Source of the DNA: Eledone cirrhosa
Lineage: Eukaryota
Length of the DNA stretch: 64,000 bases
Assembly (NCBI GenBank): GCA_964016885.1
Contig: CAXHJY010000818.1
Location: 124,001-188,000, forward strand
Direction of reading: 5' to 3'
Position 1 is the first letter of the stretch. Every line of letters begins with the position of its first letter. Below the pieces are notes generated by a model that worked only from the letters and a program-made list of their open reading frames with translations, did not search any database and was not told the DNA's origin. The position numbers were made by a program, and so were the translations under genes. Of the stretch, positions 28,549 to 41,391 are shown piece by piece.

Positions 28549-30108
28549 CGTATGGGTAGGTATGTATACATTATATATGTGTGTATATATATATATAAAT
28601 TGTAGCTCTCTCTCTCTCTACACACACACACAGATATCCTTGACTGGCAGCCTGAAAATGTGGAATGGTACCTGATGCTAGTTACATGACCCGTAGCTTC
28701 AAGTGCCATTCAGAGAATATTCCCCAAGGTTCTGTGTATCGAATCTGGACATGTAGTCATAGATTAAACTTAAATCAGGTTCTCGTTTAGAATTACTGAT
28801 TGTTGGCAAATAATCTGGAACCTGAGTCTGTAAATCTCTCATCAAATATATTTGGCACAGAATACATTATTATCTTTTCACTCCTCATTGTCTTTCTTTT
28901 AATGCAATGCTTTGGTTCTGATGTGGAGTTTCTCTGTAAGGCAGAGGTGACAGTAACTTGATCCAGTTTTAGACATTTAGTCATGGGTTTGTAATCCTTT
29001 CTAGCACTGACTCACATACACACTCATACATAGAAACACAGTCCCATTTACAGGATGTCCCATAAATAAATCAGTACCTAAACATCATCATCATCATCGT
29101 TTAAAGTCTATCTTCCATGCTAGCATGGGTTAGACGGGAATTGTCCCACTTGAGGCAATATTGGTCGGGTGACCGTGTCTCACTCGTATAGGACTATCTG
29201 GCAGGTTTTCTACAGCTGGATGCCCTTCCTAACACCAACCACATTTACAGTGTGGACTGGCAGCTTTTTACCGTGTTACCTACATGGCCACAATACAGCA
29301 TGGACTGTATTTTTTGTTGTGACACCTACATGACCTCATTAGTTTGGACTGGATGTTGTGGTACCAACATAACTTTACAGATAAAGGGTGGTGTTGGTGG
29401 GAGTGGGAGGATGGAGTAGGGGTAGTGAGTTAGGGTGTATATTTGGTTAAGAGGTGCCTACTGACTGTAGGTTTCGCTTTGTACGTAAGGGAAGGCGGGT
29501 CTTCTGTATTACTGCGTGCATTGTTTTATATTTATATTCCTGATCAATTTATGGGATACATTTTGTGAAAGATGATGATGATGATGATGATAAAAGAGTA
29601 TATATGCAGGTGCAGAGATGACTGTACAGTTGTGATGTTCAGTTTGCAAACACATACTTCTCGGTTTAATACTTTCTTGTTGTATTTTGAGCAACTGTTA
29701 ACCTTTTCATTAAAATATTTTTAATAAACCTTATTTTTTTTATGAAGAATCTTAAGAGATTTATTAAAAATATTAATTATTTCATTACTAAGATAGCAGC
29801 CTAACATAAGATAGCAGCCTAACATAAGATAGCAGCCTAACATAAGATAGCAGCCTAACATATGGTTCTTATATAAAATTATGCTAGAAAATTTGAAGTG
29901 AAATAGGAATTTTTTAAAATGAGTGGTTTGGTTTCATAGAAGATGAGCCAGTTTAGGGCAGGTTATGGAAGCATTGTTTTCTTGGTCCAATTTGACAAGT
30001 TCCACCCTACTCAGTAAGCAAATGAGGTCTGGGATCTTGTTGATGGAACTCTATATTCTGTAGTAGTGAAATAGTTAAATATGAGGCAAGGGAAGATAAT
30101 TAGGTTAC

Positions 30109-30208
30109 CTGATAGCTTTGTTGGCACATTACCATCATTGCTGATATTGGCTGTAGGTTTGTTCATTGCCTGAGGGTTCGACACAAAAAACTGCATTTTG
30201 TAAGGCAT
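30109..30208 (-). CDS. RYK: RYK WIF-domain middle exon (MPYKMQFFVSNPQAMNKPTANISNDGNVPTKLS|V)
   Basis: ttctcatttcag|ATG...TCAG|gtaacc, 100 nt, phase 0 to 1; resembles RYK VEYKLGFQVDNVLAMDMPQVNISVQGEVPRTLS (from memory). Confidence 0.94.
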
Positions 30209-30364
30209 CTGAAATGAGAAAGAACAACAATGTTTATTTGAGAGAACCTGAGTAAATTGATGTAAAGTGGTTGGTGATAGTAAGGGCATCCAGTCATAGA
30301 AAATCTGTCAAACAAACGGCTGGGAGGACTCTTCAGTTGTGTTAAAGACATGACAACTTCCATT

Positions 30365-30860
30365 ACCAACAGTTACCAACAACCTATTCTACAACCTACC
30401 AATAGCTACCAACAACCAATTCTACAATCTACCAACAACCTACAAATAGCTACCAACAACCAATTCTACAATCTACCAACAACCTATTCTACAACCTAGC
30501 AATAGCTACCAACAACCAATTCTACAATCTACCAACAACCTATTCTACAACCTACCAATAGCTACCAACAACCAATTCTACAATCTACCAACAACCTATT
30601 CTACAACCTACCAATAGCTACCAACAACCAATTCTACAATCTACCAACAACCTACAAATAGCTACCAACAACCAATTCTACAATCTACCAACAACCTATT
30701 CTACAACCTACCAATAGCTACCAACAACCAATTCTACAATCTACCAACAACCTATTCTACAACCTACCAATAGCTACCAACAACCAATTCTACAATCTAC
30801 CAACAACCTATTCTACAACCTACCAATAGCTACCAACAACCAATTCTGCAATTTACCAAC
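30365..30860. repeat. About 56-bp minisatellite (CTACCAACAACC-based), about 9 copies
   Basis: Direct reading. Confidence 0.88.
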
Positions 30861-31485
30861 TCACACTAAAATCTGAAATTCAATGAAATGAACCATAACA
30901 ACAACAACAACAGTTTTTTTTTAAATTCGTGAACATTTCAAAACCTGCTGCTGGCTTTCTTAACAGAATTTCCTCTCATTATCACAACTTTAGTGGTTTT
31001 ATGTATATACATGTGTGTGTGTGTGTAAGTGTGTATGTGAGAGTGTGTGTGTAGCTATGTGAGTATATGGGTGTGTGTGTGTGTGTGTTTATAAACATAT
31101 GTGTGTGAGTGTGTGTGTCTGTGTACATGTGTGAGGTGAGTCTGTACATGTCTGTACATGTGTGTGTTCGTGTGTGAGTGTGCATGTGTGTGTTTGTGTA
31201 CATGTGTGAGTGTGCGAGTGTGTGTGTGCGATTGTGTGTGTGAGTGTGTGTTTTTCAAAAGCAGAGGAAGTTGGTTATTTTGTGAGTTTCTTTAATTTTT
31301 CAGTGTTTTTTGGGGGGGATATTTCTATTATTGCTGATATCATTACATTGATATCATTGACACAGCCTGGGGACAAGAACTCCCACCTTATATATATATA
31401 CATACACACACACATATATATACATATACACATACACACACACACATATATATATACATACATACATACACACACATATATATAT

Positions 31486-31520
<35 letters not shown>

Positions 31521-31556
31521 TATATATACATACATACACACACCCATATATATGTG

Positions 31557-31600
<44 letters not shown>

Positions 31601-31651
31601 CACATGCACACACACACATATATATATACATACATACACACACATATATAT

Positions 31652-31682
<31 letters not shown>

Positions 31683-31890
31683 TATATATATACATACATA
31701 CACCCATATATATATACATACATACACACATATATATATATACATACACACACACATATATATACATACATACACACACCCATATATATACATACATACA
31801 CACACCCATATATATGTGTATATATATATATACACACACACACACACATATATATGTATATATATATATAGATATATATATGTATATATA

Positions 31891-31924
<34 letters not shown>

Positions 31925-32828
31925 CATACACACACACACACATATATATATATATAAAACTATTTGGTGTAAATATGTATAGTGAAAGTAATAAAAATAC
32001 TAATAAAATAAGTAAACTATAGGAGGGAGATACTTGGAAATATACAAATATAAAGAAAGATAAAATAAAATAAAAATGAAAAATGAAAGGAAAAGCAGAG
32101 AATTTTCAAGAAACTGCAGGGGGGGATAACTTGAACATGAAATATCAGAATTCTTCAAAGAAGGAAATGAGAGCTGCTTAAAAAAAGATGGCAGTGAAAG
32201 ATCTAACTATTCAGAGAGAAATCAAAAGGTTACTCATTGAACAGTAGGTAATTGTATAGTAAATATTTAGAGGTCTGTCTGTAAGGAGTTAGTAATTCAG
32301 ATCTTTCATTAAAAGCATGCTAACCTTAGAATGTGGTGGAAAACTTTTCACCTAAACACAGCTTGTAATGTAAGTTTCAATAGAAGAATACATGTTTATA
32401 CAGTACCACTTGCTCCAGAAGTCTCTGAACTGGATTCTTGAAAATCCCTATATATTTGGACAAACTAGTTGAAATTTCTTTTCTCTAAATGTTTGATGGA
32501 ATTGATGTATTGGTAAAGTGTATTTTTAATTTGCTTACAATTAATTTAATGTAAGATTTAAACATACAGCTGTTGTCCTTTAGTTCAATAAATTAAAACT
32601 TCTGAAAGGCTTGTGAGGATAATTGTGTGTAGTAAAGTAATTATTGGTAGGTAGAGTGATTGTGTTATTTGTGTTCGAGAGGCCTTTAAAGTTGAGCAAG
32701 TGAAATTTTTACAGCAAGACTAACTGACTTTACTTGTGTTTCTGTTAAAGATCTTATGATATTTGCGATTTATTAGAAAGTGCAAAGAGAGTAAATTGAA
32801 GAAGTATTTCTGGATATTTGTTTTTACT

Positions 32829-32999
32829 TTTAACCAGCCACATCTGGCCAGAATTCTCTCACCTCTTTCTATTCAAACTGGCTGTAACCGGTCACTCATA
32901 CTAAATAATATCAAACTCTCATAGATTCGATATTATGTGAGGTAAAGCCTTTACTGCAAAAATACAATAGTAATTTAGAGTAATGTAAATGCTAAAGGG
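32829..32999 (+). mobile_element. MITE family A, left-truncated
   Basis: Ends GTAAATGCTAAAGGG-TTAA; body matches 6443-6662. Confidence 0.82.
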
Positions 33000-33385
33000 T
33001 TAAACTAAATGTTAGAACTCCAGGATATTTGTATATTTATCCAAGGGCAGGTAATCTATTGGAGTTTATCTGAAAAACTGCTGCAGTTACAAATTGCCTA
33101 ATTATAATAATGAGAAATGCTAATAAATGTGGTTTGTTCAGATAATGAAAAAATATATTTACTAATATTAGGAATTTTCATAGAATGTTGGAAGGGAAAT
33201 TGCAAATCTTATTAATATAAAATTATTTTCCATTAAATTTTTAGGAATTTCCTATAATTATGCTTAATTAAGCCCTAAGATATAATTTGATGAGGATATC
33301 AATTAAATTACTTCCATCTTGTTTTTTACCTAGATAGAATTGTCACAAAGGTAAATAGGATTTCTTGTGTACATAATTGTTTTAA

Positions 33386-33853
33386 CCCTTTTGTTACCAT
33401 ATTTCTAATGAAACACAGATTCTCATTTTCGAATTATTTAAAAAATAATCAAGAATTTGAAGAGATTTAGTAATATAACTAACTTTCTCATTATCAACAC
33501 TTTAGCATTTAAACCGACTGTATCCGGCTAGAATTATTTCACCTCTTTCTCTTCAAACCAATCATACTGGCCACTCATACTTATGTTAAGGTATTGTTCT
33601 CAAAATAAATAACATCAAAATCTCATAGATTAAATATTATGTGGAAAAAAGCTTTTACCATGAAAATACAATAGTTTATACAGTAGAGTAATCTAAATGT
33701 TAAAGGGTTAAGTTGATATTTGGAACCTAACTTAAAGATGTTTAAAAATGAAATTATGAAGTAAGATTTTGTTTAGAGAAATATAAAAACTTTACAAACA
33801 AACAGTTTTGTACGACAAAACGGGGGGTTCCAGGTGTTTTGGTATCAAAGGGG
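33386..33853 (+). mobile_element. MITE family B with nested MITE A (33498-33707)
   Basis: TTAA-CCCTTTTGTTACCA...TGGTATCAAAGGGG-TTAA; the inner element ends TAAATGTTAAAGGG-TTAA. Confidence 0.82.
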
Positions 33854-34465
33854 TTAATATCTAATTCAATGGTAGGAACAATTGTGTTGTTTAGTAAAGG
33901 CCAAAGCTTTAAGGAAAAAAAAATGTTTAATTATGGAAATATAAAAATCAATAATATTGAACTTGGTAAATCTACAATGCTGCTATTGTCACTAATAAAC
34001 CATTCTATTACCAACATACTATTGTTCTAGAAAAGAAGGGATTTAGCATTCGGCTTGGTTTTGTTTGTATGTTGTTGGTTTATCTGTTGTGTTTTTTTAC
34101 TATTCTGAGAATAATTGAATATACTTGTTCCCAACTCCAGATTCAGTTTTTGGTGGTGCTGAAGTACACAATAGGTATACATCTTTTATTTTTGGGAGAT
34201 AGACTTACACATATATATACATATACATACATACACACACACATACTTATAATTAGACCTGTACACACATATATATACATACATACATACACACACACAT
34301 ACTTATAATTAGACCTGTACACATATATATATATATACATACATACACATATACATACATATAACTAGACATATACACATATATATATACATACATACAC
34401 ATATACATACATACATACAACTAGACATATACACATATATACATACATAGTACTTATAACTAGAA

Positions 34466-34500
<35 letters not shown>

Positions 34501-35024
34501 CACACATACATGCACACACACATATATATATACATATATACTCATAACTAAACATATACACATGTATACAATGTGTACGTGTAAACAACTATGATTAGCA
34601 CATTAGTACACAAAGCCAACATATATATAAGAATGTGTGTCTATATATATATTGTGCTTAGTGTTAGGAAGGGCATCCAGCTGTAAAATACCCAGCCAAA
34701 TTTACAGTCCTCCCTGGAACAACGTGTGATATGGCCAACTCTGGGTAGACTTGCCTCTAAGCATGGACGACCCGTCGAACCCATGCAAGAATTGACACTA
34801 AACAGAGATGATGATGATATATATATATATATATATATATAAGCAGAAGGGATATTCAATTTGTTGGTAATTCAACAAATATAAATGTTTATAACTGATT
34901 CAGAGCACTAGACAGGTTTTCTGGAGTATAATTGTTTCTACTTTTGGCACAAGGCCAGCAATTACCCAGTGTATTACTGGTGCTTTATTTTATCGACCCC
35001 ATAAGGATGAAAGGCAAAGTTAAT

Positions 35025-35422
35025 ATTCAATGATATTAAATACCATTGCCAACAACAACCCTGAGTACCTTTTTGATTTCCATGTGTCTAACACACATGG
35101 ACATGCCCACAAAGCCAGAAAACAGCACAGTTCCCATAACTTTCAGAAACATTTTTTCATGCTCAGAGTTGCTGAAGCATGGAACAAACTACCTGTGTCA
35201 GTTGTTAGCTGTCGAGACACTGCATCCTTTAAAACCTCCATGCTTCCCGAGATTCGCCAACACTACACCTAATGTTCCCCCTCCATACACATACACACAT
35301 GTATACCATGACTCATACACTATTCACTTCCCTGACATTTGTGTATTATTCTATGTACTATACATACACCTTTGACGAGTTGTAGTGCACCTGAGCACTT
35401 TACACAATAATTTCATTATTAT
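35025..35422 (+). mobile_element. 5'-truncated CR1-like LINE 3' end
   Basis: NTHGHAHKARKQHSSHNFQKHFFMLRVAEAWNKLP fits the CR1/L2 ORF2 end pattern (TRGH..K....R..FF..RV...WN.LP); (ATT)n tail. Confidence 0.85.
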
Positions 35423-35453
35423 TAAATGGAAACTATATTTATAAAACCATATT

Positions 35454-35515
35454 TATTCTATTATATACATTTCAAGGGTACCAAAAACTTTGGTACGCTT
35501 TCATCAGATAAAATA
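35454..35515 (-). ncRNA. Minimal type-I hammerhead ribozyme motif (mirror copy; sense in the RYK pre-mRNA)
   Basis: Reverse complement of 35625-35686; loop III is GUAU. Confidence 0.78.
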
Positions 35516-35624
35516 CAAAGAGTGTTTTATAAATTTTGACATAGCCAAGGAACATACCTTAACGGTTGAAGTTTTCCTTAAGGTATGTTCCTTGGCTATG
35601 TCAAAATTTATAAAACACACTTTG

Positions 35625-35686
35625 TATTTTATCTGATGAAAGCGTACCAAAGTTTTTGGTACCCTTGAAATATATATAATAGAATA
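35625..35686 (+). ncRNA. Minimal type-I hammerhead ribozyme motif
   Basis: UAUUUUAU-CUGAUGA-stem II (AAGcGUACCAAA/UUUGGUACcCUU)-GAAA-U-AUAU-A-UA^-AUAGAAUA; predicted cut after 35678. Confidence 0.8.
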
Positions 35687-35766
35687 AATATGGTTTTATA
35701 AATATAGTTTCCATTTATTTAATATCATTGTATATATATATATATATATACATATATATACATATC

Positions 35767-35821
<55 letters not shown>

Positions 35822-35900
35822 GAGATAAGCGGAGCAAGCAAGATTCAAACAATTTTTTTAAATAAATTAAAAAATATAATTTAAATATTTACCTATTCCA

Positions 35901-35990
35901 ATTGCTTTTACCGACGGTTTCACTTCACAAAAGATTGGAGATCCCTAGGGACTTCCAAAGGAAAAGTTTAGATCATCAGAGAGCATTTTC
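35901..35990 (-). ncRNA. Type-I hammerhead ribozyme motif with long stem II
   Basis: Minus: AUGCUCU-CUGAUGA-(about 50-nt stem II incl. UUGGA..GUCCC/GGGAU..UCCAA)-GAAA-CC-GUC-GG-UA^-AAAGCA; one C.A mismatch in stem I. Confidence 0.68.
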
Positions 35991-36930
35991 CTTTCCTAGG
36001 ACAAAAAGTCCCAGGAACGGCAAAATATATTGCCATCTGCCAGCTAGCACAGGATCGAATAGTCACACTCCAATAAATGTTTCTGGTTGGCTTCAGTTTC
36101 TACCTCATCTAACACGAAATTCACAGCTCACACCTACAGTTTCAGCTGGCCGCAAGGTTTGTGCCTCATAGGAGGTTTCTTGGGTATTTTAATAATAAGG
36201 GGGTTAGAAAGAAGGAGGTAGTCCTATCATGAAAAAGCAGCATGAAATGAAGTGACTTGCTCAAGGAAACAACACATCAAACCAACGATATTATGATCAC
36301 AAGTCTAACCCACTAACCACTACGCCGTACTCCTTTACTAACTCACATCAATAATTTAATTCTTTCTACTTTTCTATTTTATCGACCCCGTAAGGCTGAA
36401 AGACAAAGTTAAGCTCGGCGGGACTTGAACTCAGATCATGAAGGGCCGTGACTCTATGCTGCAAAGCATGGCGTCTGACCCTCTACCGATACTGTCAATC
36501 CACCGCTCATATCAATGATTTGATAAAGTCATCTCAAGGGAAGCCACTTGAGATGACTTATTCAGGATCAGAGATTCCAGTTAGACAGATAAGATAAAAC
36601 TAAAGACCCGGGGTTAAAAATAGAAAGAAAAAAAAAACCCCTAAAATTGAACCCTGTAGTTTCACCATTGATGTCGTTGCTGTAAACAACTTGATCTACA
36701 ACAACAACAACTTGAAGAATGAGAAATAAAATAAAATAAAATAAAATATGGAAAATAAATAAAATGAAATAAAATGGAAGGAATTGAAGTGGAATATCTG
36801 TTTATTGGTTGATTTAATGTCTTTTCTGTCAATTCCTTTTGTTTAATGAAGTGTGTAGTGATGGGGGGGGGGGGGGGCTGTGGTGGTGGTGGTGGTGGTG
36901 GTGTCATAGGTGGTGGTTGGCTGAACAGAA

Positions 36931-36976
<46 letters not shown>

Positions 36977-37102
36977 TATTCACATATGTCCCACCCAAAA
37001 TGATGCTGATGATGTATATGCTTCTCTCTCTCTCTATATATATATTCACATATGTGTATATGCTTATATATATATATATATATATTCACATATGTGTATA
37101 TG

Positions 37103-37136
<34 letters not shown>

Positions 37137-37151
37137 CATATGTGTATATGC

Positions 37152-37197
<46 letters not shown>

Positions 37198-38247
37198 GCA
37201 TATATATATAAATATATACATATATATATAAAATTTAATTTATAAATGGCTTCTACAGGACAAGAACTGTTTCATTCGAAAAAAAACATCATATATTAAA
37301 TTTGATGTTTACACTCTACTAATGTATTGAGTACATTACTTACTGTGGTTACCCCCCAATTGAACCCACGACTCACACACACACACATATATATATATAC
37401 ACACACACATAGAACCCATATATAGTATATCAAAATATATATGCCACAATATATATATAGACAGTGTGTTTCAGTAGAAATATGGTAATAAAGGGTTAAA
37501 TATTTAAACCTCAACTGAAAACAAGGCAACATTTGTTGCAGGATTTTGGTATCTTAACAAGTTTTTTTATAGTATTTTCTCACATTTCTATAAATTGCAT
37601 ACAACTGCAATATCTTGATAATTACAATATTATGGGTGTATATATATATTTAGTTATATGTGTGTATGTATGTATACACACACATTTATATGAGTAAATA
37701 AATACATACACAGATACATATATATATATATATATATATATTCACACATATGTATATTATAGGAGTAAGCCTAAGTGCATATGCACATATCACATGTATA
37801 TAAGTGTATATTGTATATAAAGTAAATATATATATATATATTGTATATAAAGTAAATATATATATATATATATATATTGTATATAAAGTAAATATATATA
37901 TATATTGTATATAAAGTAAATATATATATATATATTGTATATTTATTAAAATAACAGATTAAAGTTTAAGCAAAGAATCGCTGCTTTCACCCTTTGCTCT
38001 ATGGTTCTTATATATTTGATATATATTTTCCTTATCGAGCCCTCTTTGGATTTCAGTCTTCAATTTTATTATTATTACTATATATATTGTATATAAAGTA
38101 AATATATATATATATATTGTATATAAAGTAAATATATATATATATATTGTATATAAAGTAAATATATATATATTGTATATAAAGTAAATATATATATATA
38201 TTGTATATAAAGTAAATATATATATATATATATTGTATATAAAGTAA

Positions 38248-38280
<33 letters not shown>

Positions 38281-38296
38281 CTTGTATATAAAGTAA

Positions 38297-38341
<45 letters not shown>

Positions 38342-39443
38342 CTTGTATAGAAGCTTGTAAAGTGCATATGCACATATGACATGTATATAAGTGTATACAA
38401 AGTAAATATATACACACACATATATATATATACACCACACACATATGTGGTATATGTGCAGATATCTAAGTATATGTGCAGATATCTAAGTATATGTGCA
38501 GATATCTAAGTATATGTGCAGATATCACATAAGCGTGATCCTGAAAAGTTTGTAAACAAGTGAAATAAATAGATTTAGCTGGAGGTAAAATAACTTGTAC
38601 CATTATTGGTGAATGTTAGATCAAGTCTTGGAGAACGGTGTAAATATTTGGAGGAGAAAGGTGTCTGTTAGTCACTGAGTGTGTAGGTGTGTCTGTGTAG
38701 GTGTGTAGGTGTGTCTGTGTGTGTAGGTGTGTAGGTGTGTGTGTGTAGGTGTGTCTGTGTAAGTGTGTAGGTGTGTCTGTGTAGGTATGTAGGTGTGTGT
38801 AGGTGTGTCTGTGTGTGTAGGCATGTGTGTGTAGGTGTAGATGTGTGTGTAGGTGTGTCTGTGTGTGTAGGTGTAGATGTGTATATGTAGATGTGCATGT
38901 AAGTCTGTCTGTATGTGAGTGTGTGAGTGTCTGTGTGTGTAGGTGTGTCTGTGTGTGTAGGTGTGTCTGTGTGTGTAGGTGTGTAGGTGTAGATGTGTAT
39001 ATGTAGATGTGCATGTAAGTTTGTCTGTCTGTATGTGTGTATGTGTGTGTGTAGGTGTGTGTGTGTGTGCGTAAGTCTGTGCATAGTGTAGATGTGCATG
39101 TAAGTCAAAGTGTGTGTGTGTGAATGTGTAGGGGTGTGTGTAAGTCTGTGTGTAGATGTAGATGTGCATGTAAGCCTGTCTGTCTGTGTGTGTGTGTGTG
39201 TAAATGTAGGGGTGCATTATATGTCTGAGTGTGACTATGTTTGTGTGAGTGTAAACCTGTGTTTACTTGAGCATGTGTGTGTATATATATATATATATAT
39301 AGTATTCTGTGTGCATGTGTGAGTGAATGGTGCCTTCTGTGTGTGTGTGTATGTTTGCTTATGTATGTGTGTGGTTAGCAATGTTTATAAAGGTAAAGAG
39401 CGAAGAAATAGATACATTAAAACAGCAAATCCAGTGGAAAATG

Positions 39444-39501
<58 letters not shown>

Positions 39502-39622
39502 GGAGGTGAGTTTTATTGTAGCACAATAAAGCAATGCAAATATCGGATAAGTAGCACTCAACAGTTTATAGGAGTGGAGTATAAATAATATAAAACAAAA
39601 AGATTGTTAAAAGAGTTCCATG

Positions 39623-39693
39623 TATTTTATTATGCGCATTTCAAAAACAAATATCATCATGGGACGATATTTGCGTTCTCATCAGATAAAATA
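39623..39693 (-). ncRNA. Minimal type-I hammerhead ribozyme motif (mirror copy; sense in the RYK pre-mRNA)
   Basis: Reverse complement of 39773-39843. Confidence 0.8.
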
Positions 39694-39772
39694 GGGAGAC
39701 ATTAAATCAACATATGTTGATTTAACACTTCACTGCTCGCAAGTGTTTTTTAAGCTTCATATCATGTCTCCC

Positions 39773-39843
39773 TATTTTATCTGATGAGAACGCAAATATC
39801 ATCCCATGATGATATTTGTTTTTGAAATGCGCATAATAAAATA
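39773..39843 (+). ncRNA. Minimal type-I hammerhead ribozyme motif
   Basis: UAUUUUAU-CUGAUGA-stem II of about 15 bp (loop CCAU)-GAAA-U-GCGC-A-UA^-AUAAAAUA; perfect 8-bp stem I, palindromic loop III; cut after 39835. Confidence 0.84.
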
Positions 39844-39871
39844 CATGGAACTCTTTTAACCATCTTTTGAT

Positions 39872-40167
<296 letters not shown>

Positions 40168-40254
40168 AAAAGCTCTGTAGCCTACATAGAGCACTCTCTT
40201 TTCCTTTACCTTTAATAACGGAAATACTTCATATATATATGCATGTGTGTGGGA

Positions 40255-40302
<48 letters not shown>

Positions 40303-41046
40303 CAAAGAGGGTGTGGTAAGGAACCAGGTGGACCATAACCCACCAGAGTACTCGATACTATGCGTAGTAGAGTGGGTAATAGGAAAAGGGTCAGCACCCC
40401 GACGGCTGAGCTCCGGCCGTTTCGACAGCTTGATCCGAACTATATATGAGAGAGAGAGGGGGGGGGGGGTAAAGATAAGCTCCTTAATTCTTTAAATGAC
40501 ATCAAAGACATAATTTCACATCCTTCAAAGTCCTGGGCCCTTTAGCTTTTAAGGGACCAACAATACAAGATAATTATAGGGTTTAGTTTCTAACTACCTC
40601 TTCCTCCTCCTCATTATTTTTAGTTATTTTTATATATTTTTTGTTCTCAGTTTTGTTTTGTTTGCTTTGTTTTTATTTTATTATTTTTTCTTCTTCTTTA
40701 TGATCCTAGTTCAAATCCCGCCGAGGTTAACTTTGCCTTTCATCCTTACGATAAAAATAAAGTACCAGTCACGCACTGGGGTCGATTTAATCGACTTTCC
40801 CCTCCCCCCAAATTGATGGCCTTGTGTCTATATAAGAAACCATTATTTTTTCTTCTTCTTAATCTTTTAGAACTTCACATCAATATTTAGAATCTCTGCT
40901 TCTCTGGGTTTATGGCTGAAGTAACAAGTTTGAAGTTGGAGAGACAATCTCACAGAACATGTTTGAAGTCCAAGATTTAACCCAGGTGGTGCTATTAAGT
41001 TAGACATGGCCTGGGCCAATACTGGCCAAAACCTATCAAAGTTTAA

Positions 41047-41235
41047 CCCTTTAGCATTTCCATTACTCTATATATACCATTGTATTTTCGTGGTAAAAGC
41101 TTTAATATCAAATCTATGAGATTTTTATATTATTTATTTTGGGAACAATACCTAAACATCAGTATGAGTGGCTAGTTATGGCCAGTTTGAACAGAAAGAT
41201 ATGAGAGAATTCTGGCTAGATATGGCCAGTTTAAA
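41047..41235 (-). mobile_element. MITE family A, reverse orientation, one TIR eroded
   Basis: TTAA-CCCTTTAGCATTT start; body is the reverse complement of 6443-6662. Confidence 0.8.
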
Positions 41236-41263
41236 GAAAACTATAATGGTATATTAGACTTAC

Positions 41264-41391
41264 CGATTCTCTTTTTGTGCTTTGCCATGTGAAGTGTATT
41301 TCATTGATTTCTGTAGCAACTGGTAAATTGAATGAGAGGGCATGGTGGTTGATGATACCATTACGGACGTAGGACAGTTCCGCTGTGACAC
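41264..41391 (-). CDS. RYK: RYK WIF-domain N-terminal exon, probably exon 2 (G|VTAELSYVRNGIINHHALSFNLPVATEINEIHFTWQSTKRES)
   Basis: ttattatag|GT...TCG|gtaagt, 128 nt, phase 1 to 0; resembles RYK GLDAELYYVRNDLISHYALSF...LHFTW (from memory). Confidence 0.96.

Larger units (their letters stand above)
35423..35717. repeat. Long inverted repeat, 140-bp arms, 15-nt spacer, about 2 mismatches
   Basis: 35423-35562 is the reverse complement of 35578-35717. Confidence 0.97.
39598..39868. repeat. Long inverted repeat, 105-bp arms, 61-nt spacer containing two further hairpins
   Basis: 39598-39702 is the reverse complement of 39764-39868; the spacer has TTAAATCAACATATGTTGATTTAA and AACACTT...AAGTGTT. 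Confidence 0.96.
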
